A stretch of 64,000 bases of DNA from Acidilobaceae archaeon (GTDB lineage Archaea; Thermoproteota; Thermoprotei_A; Sulfolobales; Acidilobaceae), in assembly GCA_038824665.1 (NCBI GenBank), contig JAWBBK010000001.1, forward strand, positions 1 to 64,000, read 5' to 3'. The notes below the pieces were generated by a model, which saw nothing but the letters and a program-made list of their open reading frames with translations, ran no database searches and had not been told where the DNA came from. A program made the translations under genes and the position numbers. Below are positions 10,109 through 18,701 of this stretch, piece after piece (within the stretch, counting starts at the first letter, position 1; every line of letters starts with the position of its first letter).

Positions 10109-11164
10109 TTGAGCGTTAGAGTAGCCGTGGTCGGAGCCTCGGGCTATACTGGAGGAGAGCTCCTTAGGATTTTAGCTGAACATCCAGAGGTAGAGGTCAC
10201 TGTAGCCACTTCCCGAGAGTATGTGGGAAAGCCTCTTCACTTCGCTCACTTTAATCTTAGAGGTTTTTATAAAGGACTTAAGTTCTCTGCTCTCGATATA
10301 GACCTCATAGCCAATAAGGCAGACGTGGTTTTCACATCGCTACCTCACGGCGTCAGCATACAGTACGTTCCAAAATTCCTTGAAGTAGGTATGAAAGTCT
10401 TAGACCTAAGCGCTGACTTCAGGTTGAAGAACCCAGAAGCATATAAGCTCTGGTACGGTTTTGAACATCCATATCCAGACCTGTTGAAGAAAGCTGTTTA
10501 CGGGCTTCCAGAACTTCATAGAGAAGAGCTAAGAGGAGCAACGCTGATAGCTGTACCGGGCTGTAACGCTACCGCTTCTATAATATCTCTTATCCCCTTA
10601 GTGAAAAACAAAGTTATAGACTTCAGCAAGATAGTAATTGATGTAAAGGTAGGTAGTAGCGAAGCTGGTTGGAATCCTAGCAAGGGGAGTCACCATCCTG
10701 AGAGAGAAGGAGCGATAAGACCTTACGATGCTGAAGGACATAGACACGTAGCCGAAGTTGAACAGGAGCTCAGCGTCTTAGCAAATGAAGAGATAGAGGT
10801 CTCTTTAGTACCTCATGCTGTCGGAGCGGTCAGAGGAGCTCTAGCCTCAGCTCACGCCTGGTTAACCCAAGATTTGACAGCATTAGAGCTTCTCAAGATC
10901 TATACGTCTACGTACTCTCAAGAGCCCTTTATAAGAATAGTCTACAACACTCCTCCAGGATATCCTGACCCAAAGTACGTGGTTGGAAGCAACTACGCAG
11001 ATGTAGGCTTTGCGCTCGAGCCGAGAAGAAAGAGAGTCACTAGCTTTGCCGCTATAGACAACTTAGTTAAAGGAGCTGCAGGACAGGCTGTTCAATCATT
11101 TAATATAGCCTTAGGATTCAATGAAACCCTCGGTCTGAGAAGACCTCCGCTCAAACCGGTGTGA
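10109..11164 (+). CDS. lysY: [LysW]-aminoadipate/glutamate phosphate reductase (ArgC family)
   Basis: GASGYTG, DLSADFRL, YGLPE, PGCNAT, IDNLVKGAAGQAVQ. Confidence 0.95.
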   Translation: MSVRVAVVGASGYTGGELLRILAEHPEVEVTVATSREYVGKPLHFAHFNLRGFYKGLKFSALDIDLIANKADVVFTSLPHGVSIQYVPKFLEVGMKVLDLSADFRLKNPEAYKLWYGFEHPYPDLLKKAVYGLPELHREELRGATLIAVPGCNATASIISLIPLVKNKVIDFSKIVIDVKVGSSEAGWNPSKGSHHPEREGAIRPYDAEGHRHVAEVEQELSVLANEEIEVSLVPHAVGAVRGALASAHAWLTQDLTALELLKIYTSTYSQEPFIRIVYNTPPGYPDPKYVVGSNYADVGFALEPRRKRVTSFAAIDNLVKGAAGQAVQSFNIALGFNETLGLRRPPLKPV

Positions 11165-11168
11165 GTCT

Positions 11169-11972
11169 ATGATAGTGGTCAAAACGGGCGGAAGAGTTCT
11201 AAAAGCCAATGTTGACAACATAGTTGAAGATCTCGTAGAACTTTGGAACAAAGGGGAGAAAGCCGTTTTAGTACATGGCGGAGGAGATGTGGTCTCAGAG
11301 TACTCTAAAAGAATGGGTATCGAGCCCCAGTTCGTGATCTCTCCTTCAGGAGTAAGAAGCAGATATACTAGCAAAGAGGAACTCGAAGTCTACGTTATGG
11401 TGATGGCTGGAAAGATAAACAAAGAGTTAGTATCGAAGCTTACAGCCAAGGGAGTCAAAGCGGTAGGTATCTCAGGAGCTGATGGTTCAACACTTTTAGC
11501 TGAAAGAAAGGAGAAGATAGTTGTTATAGATGAAAAAGGAAAGAAAAGAGTGATAGAAGGTGGATACACGGGAAAGATAGTCAGCGTGAATCCAAGCCTT
11601 CTGAAAATGCTTCTAGATAACGACTATCTAGCTGTAGTGTCTCCTATAGCGGTGACTAAAGACGGAACGCTTCTAAACGTAGACGCAGACCAAGCTGCTT
11701 CGAAAATAGCTGGAGCCCTTAAAGCATCGAAATTGGTTATCCTCTCAGACGTTGAAGGGCTTATCCTCGAAGGGTCTCTGGTCAGACACCTAAAGGTAGA
11801 AGAGCTGAATAACGTATTGTCCAAAGTGGGAGCGGGAATGAATAGAAAGCTTATCCATACTGCTGAAGCCCTTGAGGCCGGTGTCAATGAGGTCTTGATA
11901 GCTAGCGGTCTCGGAGAAAAGCCGATTAGCAGAGCTCTGAGAAGAGAAGGTTGTACTGTGATGACTCTCTAA
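11169..11972 (+). CDS. lysZ: [LysW]-aminoadipate/glutamate kinase
   Basis: VVKTGG, VHGGG, SPSGVRSRYT, GGYTGK, LNVDAD, GAGMNRK. Confidence 0.95.
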   Translation: MIVVKTGGRVLKANVDNIVEDLVELWNKGEKAVLVHGGGDVVSEYSKRMGIEPQFVISPSGVRSRYTSKEELEVYVMVMAGKINKELVSKLTAKGVKAVGISGADGSTLLAERKEKIVVIDEKGKKRVIEGGYTGKIVSVNPSLLKMLLDNDYLAVVSPIAVTKDGTLLNVDADQAASKIAGALKASKLVILSDVEGLILEGSLVRHLKVEELNNVLSKVGAGMNRKLIHTAEALEAGVNEVLIASGLGEKPISRALRREGCTVMTL

Positions 11973-12421
11973 ATGTACTTCATTTCAAGACATATCTCTT
12001 CGAGGGCTTTTCGAGCTAGGTCGTAAGCTCTGTTCTCAGAGCTTGCCACAATAGAAACAACTAAGAACGGCTTGTCAACGAATGCTCTTAGAGCTCCCGC
12101 ACTACCCTCTACAGAAACGTCTCCAGAAAGCCCTAACCAGAGGTCTCCTTTCAAGCTGCTCCAGCTTTCGCTCTTGATGTCAAAAGGTTCTACCGTAAAG
12201 ACTTCAGCCTTCTCCTCAGAAGACTCGATCTCTTTGCAACCCATCAAGACCAGAGTTCTTTCTGAAGCGTCTAAAGCTATGCTCAAAGAGTCCTTAAGCC
12301 CATCGCCTATAGAACACCTACCTAGAATCCTCAACTCTTCCAGCAGTTTCTGTAGTCCTCTCCCGCATTCGCTCAACATATGAGCTCTCACTGCTACGTA
12401 AAGCTCTTCTGAGCTCTTCAA
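11969..12421 (-). CDS. Hypothetical protein, possibly a degenerate hydrogenase maturation protease homolog
   Basis: 150 aa, last gene of the hypA run; alternating strand/helix pattern loosely like HycI/HybD but without the GN...DDG motif. Confidence 0.5.
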   Translation of the reverse strand: MKSSEELYVAVRAHMLSECGRGLQKLLEELRILGRCSIGDGLKDSLSIALDASERTLVLMGCKEIESSEEKAEVFTVEPFDIKSESWSSLKGDLWLGLSGDVSVEGSAGALRAFVDKPFLVVSIVASSENRAYDLARKALEEICLEMKYI

Positions 12422-12695
12422 AAAGATCCCCCGACTCGCTCAAACCCATAGCTTTAGCGATCTCCGCTCTTAGCTTCTCTGCTGCAGGCTGGACCTCGAC
12501 TTTAATCTCATAAAACGACTTGACGAGTTCTTCCTCGATAGGTTTGACAACTTCTTCTAAAAAAGCTCTTGTCACTTCTTTCTCTGTTCTCTTAACGACC
12601 TCCTCTAGAGTTGTTCCTGCTCTCAAAACCTCTTTCAAGATCTCAAGAAGAGCTCGTCTGCGTTCCACTGCTCTCAGCTCTTCTAAAGCTCTCAG
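12318..12695 (-). CDS. Hypothetical helical/coiled-coil protein in hydrogenase maturation cluster
   Basis: Glu/Arg/Lys-rich ORF; frame open up to a CTG at 12695 overlapping the upstream stop (CTGA); track start GTG 12668. Confidence 0.6.
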   Translation of the reverse strand: MRALEELRAVERRRALLEILKEVLRAGTTLEEVVKRTEKEVTRAFLEEVVKPIEEELVKSFYEIKVEVQPAAEKLRAEIAKAMGLSESGDLFEELRRALRSSESSYVERMRERTTETAGRVEDSR

Positions 12696-13429
12696 AGGTT
12701 TAGAACTTCTTTGAGAGCTCCGTTTAAAGCTTTAGCTAGTTTGGTGTTGAGAAGCTTTAAAGGATCTCCTAGAGAGTTTTGGAGAAGCTCATCATAAGGG
12801 AGAACCCCTAAGTGTTTAAAGCCTAAGCTGAGAGCGTCTTCAAGTAACTTCGGCTCTCCCGTTCTTGACATGTTCTCTATAACTCCTGCTGACGTTACTC
12901 TCTCACTTTTAAGGAATTTCAAAAGCCTCTTCACGCTAGAAACGCTAAGAGAATCTTGAGCAGAGACGACTAAGGGCTTAGCTCCGAGAGCGATAGCTTC
13001 AAGCAACTCATCTTTAGCTCCTGAAGGCATATCTAAAACCAGTACGTCTAGTTCTCCCCACTCAACTGCTGTCAGAAGCTCTCTCATCGCGTTTACTGAA
13101 GAAGGACCTCTAAGCGCTAAAGGGTTGCCTCTAGTAAACAGAACAGGAGTTGCTAGCTTTATTCCATATACGACTATAGGCTTGACTCCGAACCCCTCAT
13201 CTATCGGCATGTTCTCTGCGTCTGCTCCTAATATTAGATGAGTTGTAGCGTTGGTAAAGTCTAGGTCTAGCAGACCTACTCTTAGTCCAGATTTACTTAA
13301 AAGAAGACTGAGAAGACAAGAGACAGTGGTCTTACCTACTCCTCCTTTACTACTCGCTATAGCATAGACGTTCTTCACATCTCTCACAAGTCTCTGAGCT
13401 CGGACGAGTCTGGGGTCTAAAGAGATCAA
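12692..13429 (-). CDS. hypB: Mrp/MinD-family ATPase, likely ATPase-type HypB
   Basis: SKGGVGKT deviant Walker A, DLDF, LRG, WGELDVLVLDMP; no Nbp35 CxxC; coupled to hypA as in Thermococcus. Confidence 0.75.
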   Translation of the reverse strand: MISLDPRLVRAQRLVRDVKNVYAIASSKGGVGKTTVSCLLSLLLSKSGLRVGLLDLDFTNATTHLILGADAENMPIDEGFGVKPIVVYGIKLATPVLFTRGNPLALRGPSSVNAMRELLTAVEWGELDVLVLDMPSGAKDELLEAIALGAKPLVVSAQDSLSVSSVKRLLKFLKSERVTSAGVIENMSRTGEPKLLEDALSLGFKHLGVLPYDELLQNSLGDPLKLLNTKLAKALNGALKEVLNL

Positions 13430-13827
13430 GACTCGTCACCGCTCAACACAATCGAAAGCCTCACGCCTCTACCTCTTAGTACCTCAAAGTCGCTCGAGCT
13501 ACAGGCTGGACATCTGATAAAGGCATGGGAGGCTTCAGGCAAGAAGTGAATATACTCCTTTACTTCTTCAGAAAGTTCTACGTCTCTCAGTCTCCACTCG
13601 AAACCACATCTTCTACATTTGAACATAGCTTCCTCTTCTACCACCTCGTAAGGGACTTCCAATCCTAAGTCCTTCAAGCCCATGTCTATAAGTTCTCTCA
13701 AAATTGAAGCATCAAGGTTTTGAAGCTCTCCCAAATATATCCTTACCAGTCTGATATTAGAACCTTCTTTTTTGATTGTCTCACTGATCGCTGAAACTAT
13801 GGCCGAAGCCAAAGCTGTCTCATGCAA
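13426..13827 (-). CDS. hypA: Hydrogenase nickel metallochaperone HypA
   Basis: N-terminal MHE, CRRC...CPAC Zn site, 'IHFLPE' archaeal HypA insertion. Confidence 0.96.
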   Translation of the reverse strand: MHETALASAIVSAISETIKKEGSNIRLVRIYLGELQNLDASILRELIDMGLKDLGLEVPYEVVEEEAMFKCRRCGFEWRLRDVELSEEVKEYIHFLPEASHAFIRCPACSSSDFEVLRGRGVRLSIVLSGDES

Positions 13828-13957
13828 TCTTCTATAACCCTTTCTTTTTATTTTAGATTAAACCTTTTTATACGTGGGAGTTTAGATACGGTAGCATAAC
13901 GTAAACTTTAAAAATGCAGATTGTGAAGAGTATCGTGACGGCCTCTGGTGACAAGTT

Positions 13958-15223
13958 TTGAAGCTCACTAGAAGAGACTTCCTGAAGCTCTCGGCTTCTA
14001 CAGCCCTTCTCGCTTCTCTCGACTGGGACCATGTTGTAAAAGCCGCTCTAAGCACCATCCAAAAGGGCAAGTATAACATAATATGGTTTGAAGCTCAGTC
14101 CTGTACTGGAGATACCGGCTCTCTCTTGCTAGCAACAGACCCTAACGTCATACAGGTCTTAGCTGGACACCTCCACGTAGTAGGTCCCGGAGCTGTAGCT
14201 CTGCTCTACCACGATGCTGTAATGCCTCAATGGGGAGAAGAAGCGTTAGAGATCTTGAGGAAAGCTATTGCAGGAGAGCTAGACCCCTTTGTGTTGGTCG
14301 TAGAAGGTAGTATACCTATAGACGAAAAGGCTGGAGGTCCTGAAGGTAGCGACTACTGGTGCTTTATTGGAGAAGAGAGAGGCAAGCCAATATCATGTTT
14401 AGAATGGATAAGAAGACTTCTCAGAAGAGCTGTTGCTGTAGTCGCAGTGGGAAGCTGTTCCTCCTATGGTGGGATTCCGGCCAACAAGCTGTGGGACCCT
14501 GGCTTCTTCAAAGACTACGGCTTCGATCTTTTTGAAAAATATCCAGATGGATGGAGCAGATCTCCTACAGGAGCTGTAGGATTCTTTGAAGACAAGATAA
14601 GAGGTTTCAAGGGACTTTTAGACTTACTACCTGAAGCAGAGCCTTTCAGGAAGTTCGCTGCTGGAGAAAAGTGTGAACTCCTCAAAGACTGCAAGCCTGT
14701 AGTCGCAGTGCCCGGTTGTCCAGCTAACGGCAATGCAACCCTTAAGACTCTAGCTCACTTGGTCTTAGCTCTCGAAGGACTTATGCCTTTATCGCGCGAC
14801 CAGTTCGACGATATAGGGAGACCCAAGTACTTCTTCGGAGAGACTACTCACAACAACTGTCCGAGAGCAGGACACTATGCTGCTGGAAGATGGAGAATGT
14901 ATCCTGGCGATGGAACGGAGTTCTGTCTGTGGGGAATAGGTTGCAAAGGTCCTATTTCACACTGCCCGTGGAACAGATTGGGATGGGTTAACGGTGTAGG
15001 AGGCTGTGTTAGACAAGGATCAGTCTGTATGGGCTGTCATGAGCCGGGCTTCACCGATGCCTACGAGCCGTTCTTCCAGAAGATGCCTTATGTATTCGCC
15101 ACTAGACAAGCTCTTGTCGGTACTCTAGCTGGGACTGTCGCTGTAGCTGCTGTAGTCGGTCTCGCCAGCGGAGTCCTGGCCTATATGAAGAGAAGAACAC
15201 AGGGTGCAACAAAACATGACTAG
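13958..15223 (+). CDS. [NiFe]-hydrogenase group 1 small subunit with Tat signal and C-terminal membrane anchor
   Basis: TRRDFLK Tat motif; CTGD, VEGS, GSCSSYGG, PGCP, HNNC, CLW..GCKGP, CMGC; hydrophobic C-terminal helix. Confidence 0.95.
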   Translation: MKLTRRDFLKLSASTALLASLDWDHVVKAALSTIQKGKYNIIWFEAQSCTGDTGSLLLATDPNVIQVLAGHLHVVGPGAVALLYHDAVMPQWGEEALEILRKAIAGELDPFVLVVEGSIPIDEKAGGPEGSDYWCFIGEERGKPISCLEWIRRLLRRAVAVVAVGSCSSYGGIPANKLWDPGFFKDYGFDLFEKYPDGWSRSPTGAVGFFEDKIRGFKGLLDLLPEAEPFRKFAAGEKCELLKDCKPVVAVPGCPANGNATLKTLAHLVLALEGLMPLSRDQFDDIGRPKYFFGETTHNNCPRAGHYAAGRWRMYPGDGTEFCLWGIGCKGPISHCPWNRLGWVNGVGGCVRQGSVCMGCHEPGFTDAYEPFFQKMPYVFATRQALVGTLAGTVAVAAVVGLASGVLAYMKRRTQGATKHD

Positions 15224-16196
15224 ACACTGGGTTAGCGTTCTCAATTTGATAGCTGGAGGACTGCTGTGGGCTATAGCGGCTGTTGTAGTCTATTACGTAG
15301 TGATAGTCAATTTGGCTGGCGATCTAAACGAACTCAGGAGCGCTTTAGCGAACCCCTCTCCAGGAGCTTGGGAGTGGTGGATTCCTCTATTCAAGCTCCT
15401 GTTAGGGCTACAAGCTATAGCCGTTTTAGTTTTGGGTATCATAACCTCTATTAGATATCTTTCCCTTGAACTCTTCGAATCCGCCAAGTGGACATCATAT
15501 AGGTTTAAAGCTAAAGCTGAAGAGATGATAGTAAGACTCAGTCCTGTAGACGTGATCTCCCACTTGATACTAGCCTTAGGCTTCGGTCTAGCGATGTTTA
15601 CAGGATTCATAATGTACTTCGCCGACAATGCCTATATATATGGATACCTTTACATTGTCAGTAGAGACACTATGGCAAACCTGCACGTGATAGGAGGCTA
15701 CCTAATGGCATTTGCTGTAGTCCTCTACTTAACCCACTATCTGGCTCAGTTTGTGCTCTTCCTCAAAGACTATGGACTAAGAGGAGCTCTAAACAAGTTC
15801 CTCATAATAAAGACTCTCCCCTCACTGCCTGTGCTCCTACTAGACTACTACATGTGGCTCTTTGGGCTCAAGAAGGAACACGCCAAGTACCATAAGTACA
15901 TGCCAAGCCAGATAGTAGCTTATTTTGGAATAGGAGGACTAGTTTTGCTGATAGGGATAACAGGGATCTCTATGGTGCTTTGGGGTATGCAGAGCGGCAA
16001 CGGGTTTGCCTGGTGGGTTCACGTCTATGCTGCTACAGCCGGGGTCGTTATAATAGCGTTTCACGTCTTCATGATTCACCTCAGACCTCTCATCTTCCCC
16101 TTTGACTTCGCGTTTTTTGATGGGAAAGTGCCCAGACCTCTGGCAGAAGAGGAGTGGCCTATGTGGGTTGAGGAGATTAGAGGTGGTGGGAAGTGA
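15216..16196 (+). CDS. Hydrogenase cytochrome b subunit (membrane)
   Basis: About 6 TM segments with spaced His (ISHL, NLHV, WVHV, FHV..IH) and 'KY.P.Q' motif; lies between small and large subunit genes. Confidence 0.85.
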   Translation: MTRHWVSVLNLIAGGLLWAIAAVVVYYVVIVNLAGDLNELRSALANPSPGAWEWWIPLFKLLLGLQAIAVLVLGIITSIRYLSLELFESAKWTSYRFKAKAEEMIVRLSPVDVISHLILALGFGLAMFTGFIMYFADNAYIYGYLYIVSRDTMANLHVIGGYLMAFAVVLYLTHYLAQFVLFLKDYGLRGALNKFLIIKTLPSLPVLLLDYYMWLFGLKKEHAKYHKYMPSQIVAYFGIGGLVLLIGITGISMVLWGMQSGNGFAWWVHVYAATAGVVIIAFHVFMIHLRPLIFPFDFAFFDGKVPRPLAEEEWPMWVEEIRGGGK

Positions 16197-18064
16197 CCAC
16201 GAGAGAACTCATGGTAGATCCCATAACTAGAATTGAAGGACACCTAGGAGCAAGACTAATAGTAGACGTTAATACTAAAAAACCAGATCCAAACAGCGTA
16301 AGAGTATTCTGTACAGCGTTCAGAGGATTCGAAGTGTTCGCTAGAGGCAGACCTCCTGAAGACATGCCAGCAATAAGTAGCAGGCTCTGTGGAGTCTGTG
16401 GCGCCTCACATGCAAATGGCTCAGTGATCGCTGTAGATATGGCATATGGAGTCTCTCCCGAGCCTATGGGCGTCGTACTGAGAAACCTTGGTTTCGCTAT
16501 AGGCGAATACCTTTACGACCACTCGATAATCTTGAACCTCTTAGAGGCTCCAGACTATAGCGAAAGCATAGTTAAGACCCTCACTCCATCTGTTTGGGGA
16601 GAAGCCACTCGAACCCTAGCGGAGAATAGAGATAGACACGGTTTCACCAAGATCTCCGATATAATGGAAGCGTTCAACCCTATAACCGGTAAGATGTGGC
16701 AACTCACTGTTCACTTCCAGAGGATAGCTAGGGAAGCAGGTAGCCTCATATATGGAAAACACCCACACCCCAATTCTTTGATCCCTGGAGGCATTCAGAC
16801 CAATATCTATGACATAGAGGAAACCCTAGTAGCGATAACCTATAGACTTGTCAAACTAACAGCATGGGTCAAGTTCAACTACTATGTGTGGGAAGACTTG
16901 TTGAACTTCTACAAGAGAATAGGCTACGAGACTGTTGGCTTGACGTATCCGAAGCCCAGAGTGATGAGCGTAGGTCTTTTCGACGATCCCGATAAATACT
17001 CTGAAATAGGAGACTATGTGAGCTGGGAGGACTTTTATAAGAACATAGACGCAGCCGCTAGCTCAAGAGACCTAAAGCCAGGTCTCGTTCTAGATGGAGA
17101 GATGGTCTCTAGAAAGTACACAGACATGAACGTAGCCACTATGGAACACGTAGACACATCGTTCTATGCAGACTGGAGCGACAAAGTGAAGAAAGAAGAG
17201 TGGTATACAGAAAAAGACCCTCTAGGCAACACGTTGCTCTGGGGCAAGGCAGACCCTGCATACCATCCGTGGAACAAGATCACTCTGCCTCTACCTGGAG
17301 AGAAGGACTGGGCTAAGAAATACTCGTGGGTTGTAAGAGTTAACATGGTCTGGAAAGACGGAAGTATAGGCCCTATAGAGCTAGGGCCTTTCGCTAGAGT
17401 TTATGTACAATCTAGAACTGCTGACATCAGCGCTGCAGGTCTGATAAAGTCTGGAAACGGAGTTTTGAGAACCACTCTACCTAGAGCCGTGGCTGACGAG
17501 CTACCTTCAGCGGTTTGGGAGGAGGACACAATAGAATGGCGTGTTCCTGAGACCAGCACTACCATCTATAGGCTTTGGAGCAGAGCTTACTGTCTGCTCT
17601 TTGCTGCAGCCAGTGCCTGGCATAACATACTGAAAGGTCTTGATCTCGTGAGAGCAGGCAGAACGAAGACCTCGAGACCGTGGAAAGTACCTGGAAGAAT
17701 AACGAGAGGAGCTGGGTTTACCGAAGCTCCGAGAGGCTCAGTGAGACACTGGATAGTCCAGAAGGGAGGCAGAGTTCTAAACTACCAGATCCATGCTCCA
17801 ACCACTGAAAACGCGTCTTCGAGAGATGAGGTCAGAGTCACAGACAAAACAAAATACGTAAGAGCTCCCTTCGAAGCAGCGGTGTCAAACATTGTGATAA
17901 CTGAAGAGCTACCTCCTATTGAGTGGCAGGGACTTGACGTAGTCAGAGCGATAAGAAGCTTCGACCCATGCCTTGCCTGCGCCGTCCACATAGAGCTAAG
18001 AAACAACGGAAAACATGTAAAAACCGTAGAGAAGATATTAAGAGACGTGACATACTCCCTTTAA
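16193..18064 (+). CDS. [NiFe]-hydrogenase group 1 large subunit
   Basis: DPITRIEGH, L1 RLCGVCGASH, EAPRG, L2 SFDPCLACAVH followed by a cleavable C-terminal extension. Confidence 0.97.
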   Translation: MTTRELMVDPITRIEGHLGARLIVDVNTKKPDPNSVRVFCTAFRGFEVFARGRPPEDMPAISSRLCGVCGASHANGSVIAVDMAYGVSPEPMGVVLRNLGFAIGEYLYDHSIILNLLEAPDYSESIVKTLTPSVWGEATRTLAENRDRHGFTKISDIMEAFNPITGKMWQLTVHFQRIAREAGSLIYGKHPHPNSLIPGGIQTNIYDIEETLVAITYRLVKLTAWVKFNYYVWEDLLNFYKRIGYETVGLTYPKPRVMSVGLFDDPDKYSEIGDYVSWEDFYKNIDAAASSRDLKPGLVLDGEMVSRKYTDMNVATMEHVDTSFYADWSDKVKKEEWYTEKDPLGNTLLWGKADPAYHPWNKITLPLPGEKDWAKKYSWVVRVNMVWKDGSIGPIELGPFARVYVQSRTADISAAGLIKSGNGVLRTTLPRAVADELPSAVWEEDTIEWRVPETSTTIYRLWSRAYCLLFAAASAWHNILKGLDLVRAGRTKTSRPWKVPGRITRGAGFTEAPRGSVRHWIVQKGGRVLNYQIHAPTTENASSRDEVRVTDKTKYVRAPFEAAVSNIVITEELPPIEWQGLDVVRAIRSFDPCLACAVHIELRNNGKHVKTVEKILRDVTYSL

Positions 18065-18067
18065 CCG

Positions 18068-18115
18068 CTCCCTTTTTTCCCTCTCTTTTTTTCCCTTCTT
18101 CCTGTTTCAGTTTTC
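18068..18115 (+). terminator. Pyrimidine/oligo-T tract, likely intrinsic archaeal terminator of the hydrogenase operon
   Basis: CCTTTTTTCCCTCTCTTTTTTTCCCTTC immediately after the large-subunit stop. Confidence 0.6.
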
Positions 18116-18128
18116 TGGGGACTTAGAA

Positions 18129-18701
18129 GTGAACGCTGTAGAAGAAGCTCTAAGAGATGCTGTACTCTACGGTCTCCCCATTGAATATAGAGTCTCAGGA
18201 AAGATGGTCTTTTTAAAGAGCGGCTCTAAGAAGGTTGTCTACAAAGTGTTGGAGCTAAGAGATCTAAATGGGAAGCTCTCGGGCTTTGCTCTCGCGATAC
18301 CTGGTCTCGAGGCTTTTTCAGTCAAGATAATAAGCCTTTCTGAAGAAGGGTTTCAGATCGTTTGGGAGAACATACCTTTAGCCGTAGGGCTGGATAGGAA
18401 CTTCATGAGCCCCGCTGAGACCGATATATGGTTGAGGAGGTTCAAGCTAAAAGACCATCTGAAAGAGTTGAGAGAGCTACCAGAAGAGTTAACGGAACTG
18501 AAAGAGCTGGGCTTCACGATTCTCTCCGCGAGAGACCTTTTAGACTACGCTGTACGAGAAGAAAGGGCTGTCGCTCTATGGTTTAACTTCTTGACTAAAA
18601 GAGTTGATCTGGCTATGGAGGTCCAAGACAAAATGGGTCTTTACAAGTGGGGAGAGAAACTGGAGGCAGTGAGAAAGTGGATAGAAAAGTTAAAGCGCTG
18701 A
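18129..18701 (+). CDS. Hypothetical protein coupled to hypF
   Basis: 190 aa ORF with typical codon usage; stop overlaps hypF frame. Confidence 0.7.
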   Translation: MNAVEEALRDAVLYGLPIEYRVSGKMVFLKSGSKKVVYKVLELRDLNGKLSGFALAIPGLEAFSVKIISLSEEGFQIVWENIPLAVGLDRNFMSPAETDIWLRRFKLKDHLKELRELPEELTELKELGFTILSARDLLDYAVREERAVALWFNFLTKRVDLAMEVQDKMGLYKWGEKLEAVRKWIEKLKR

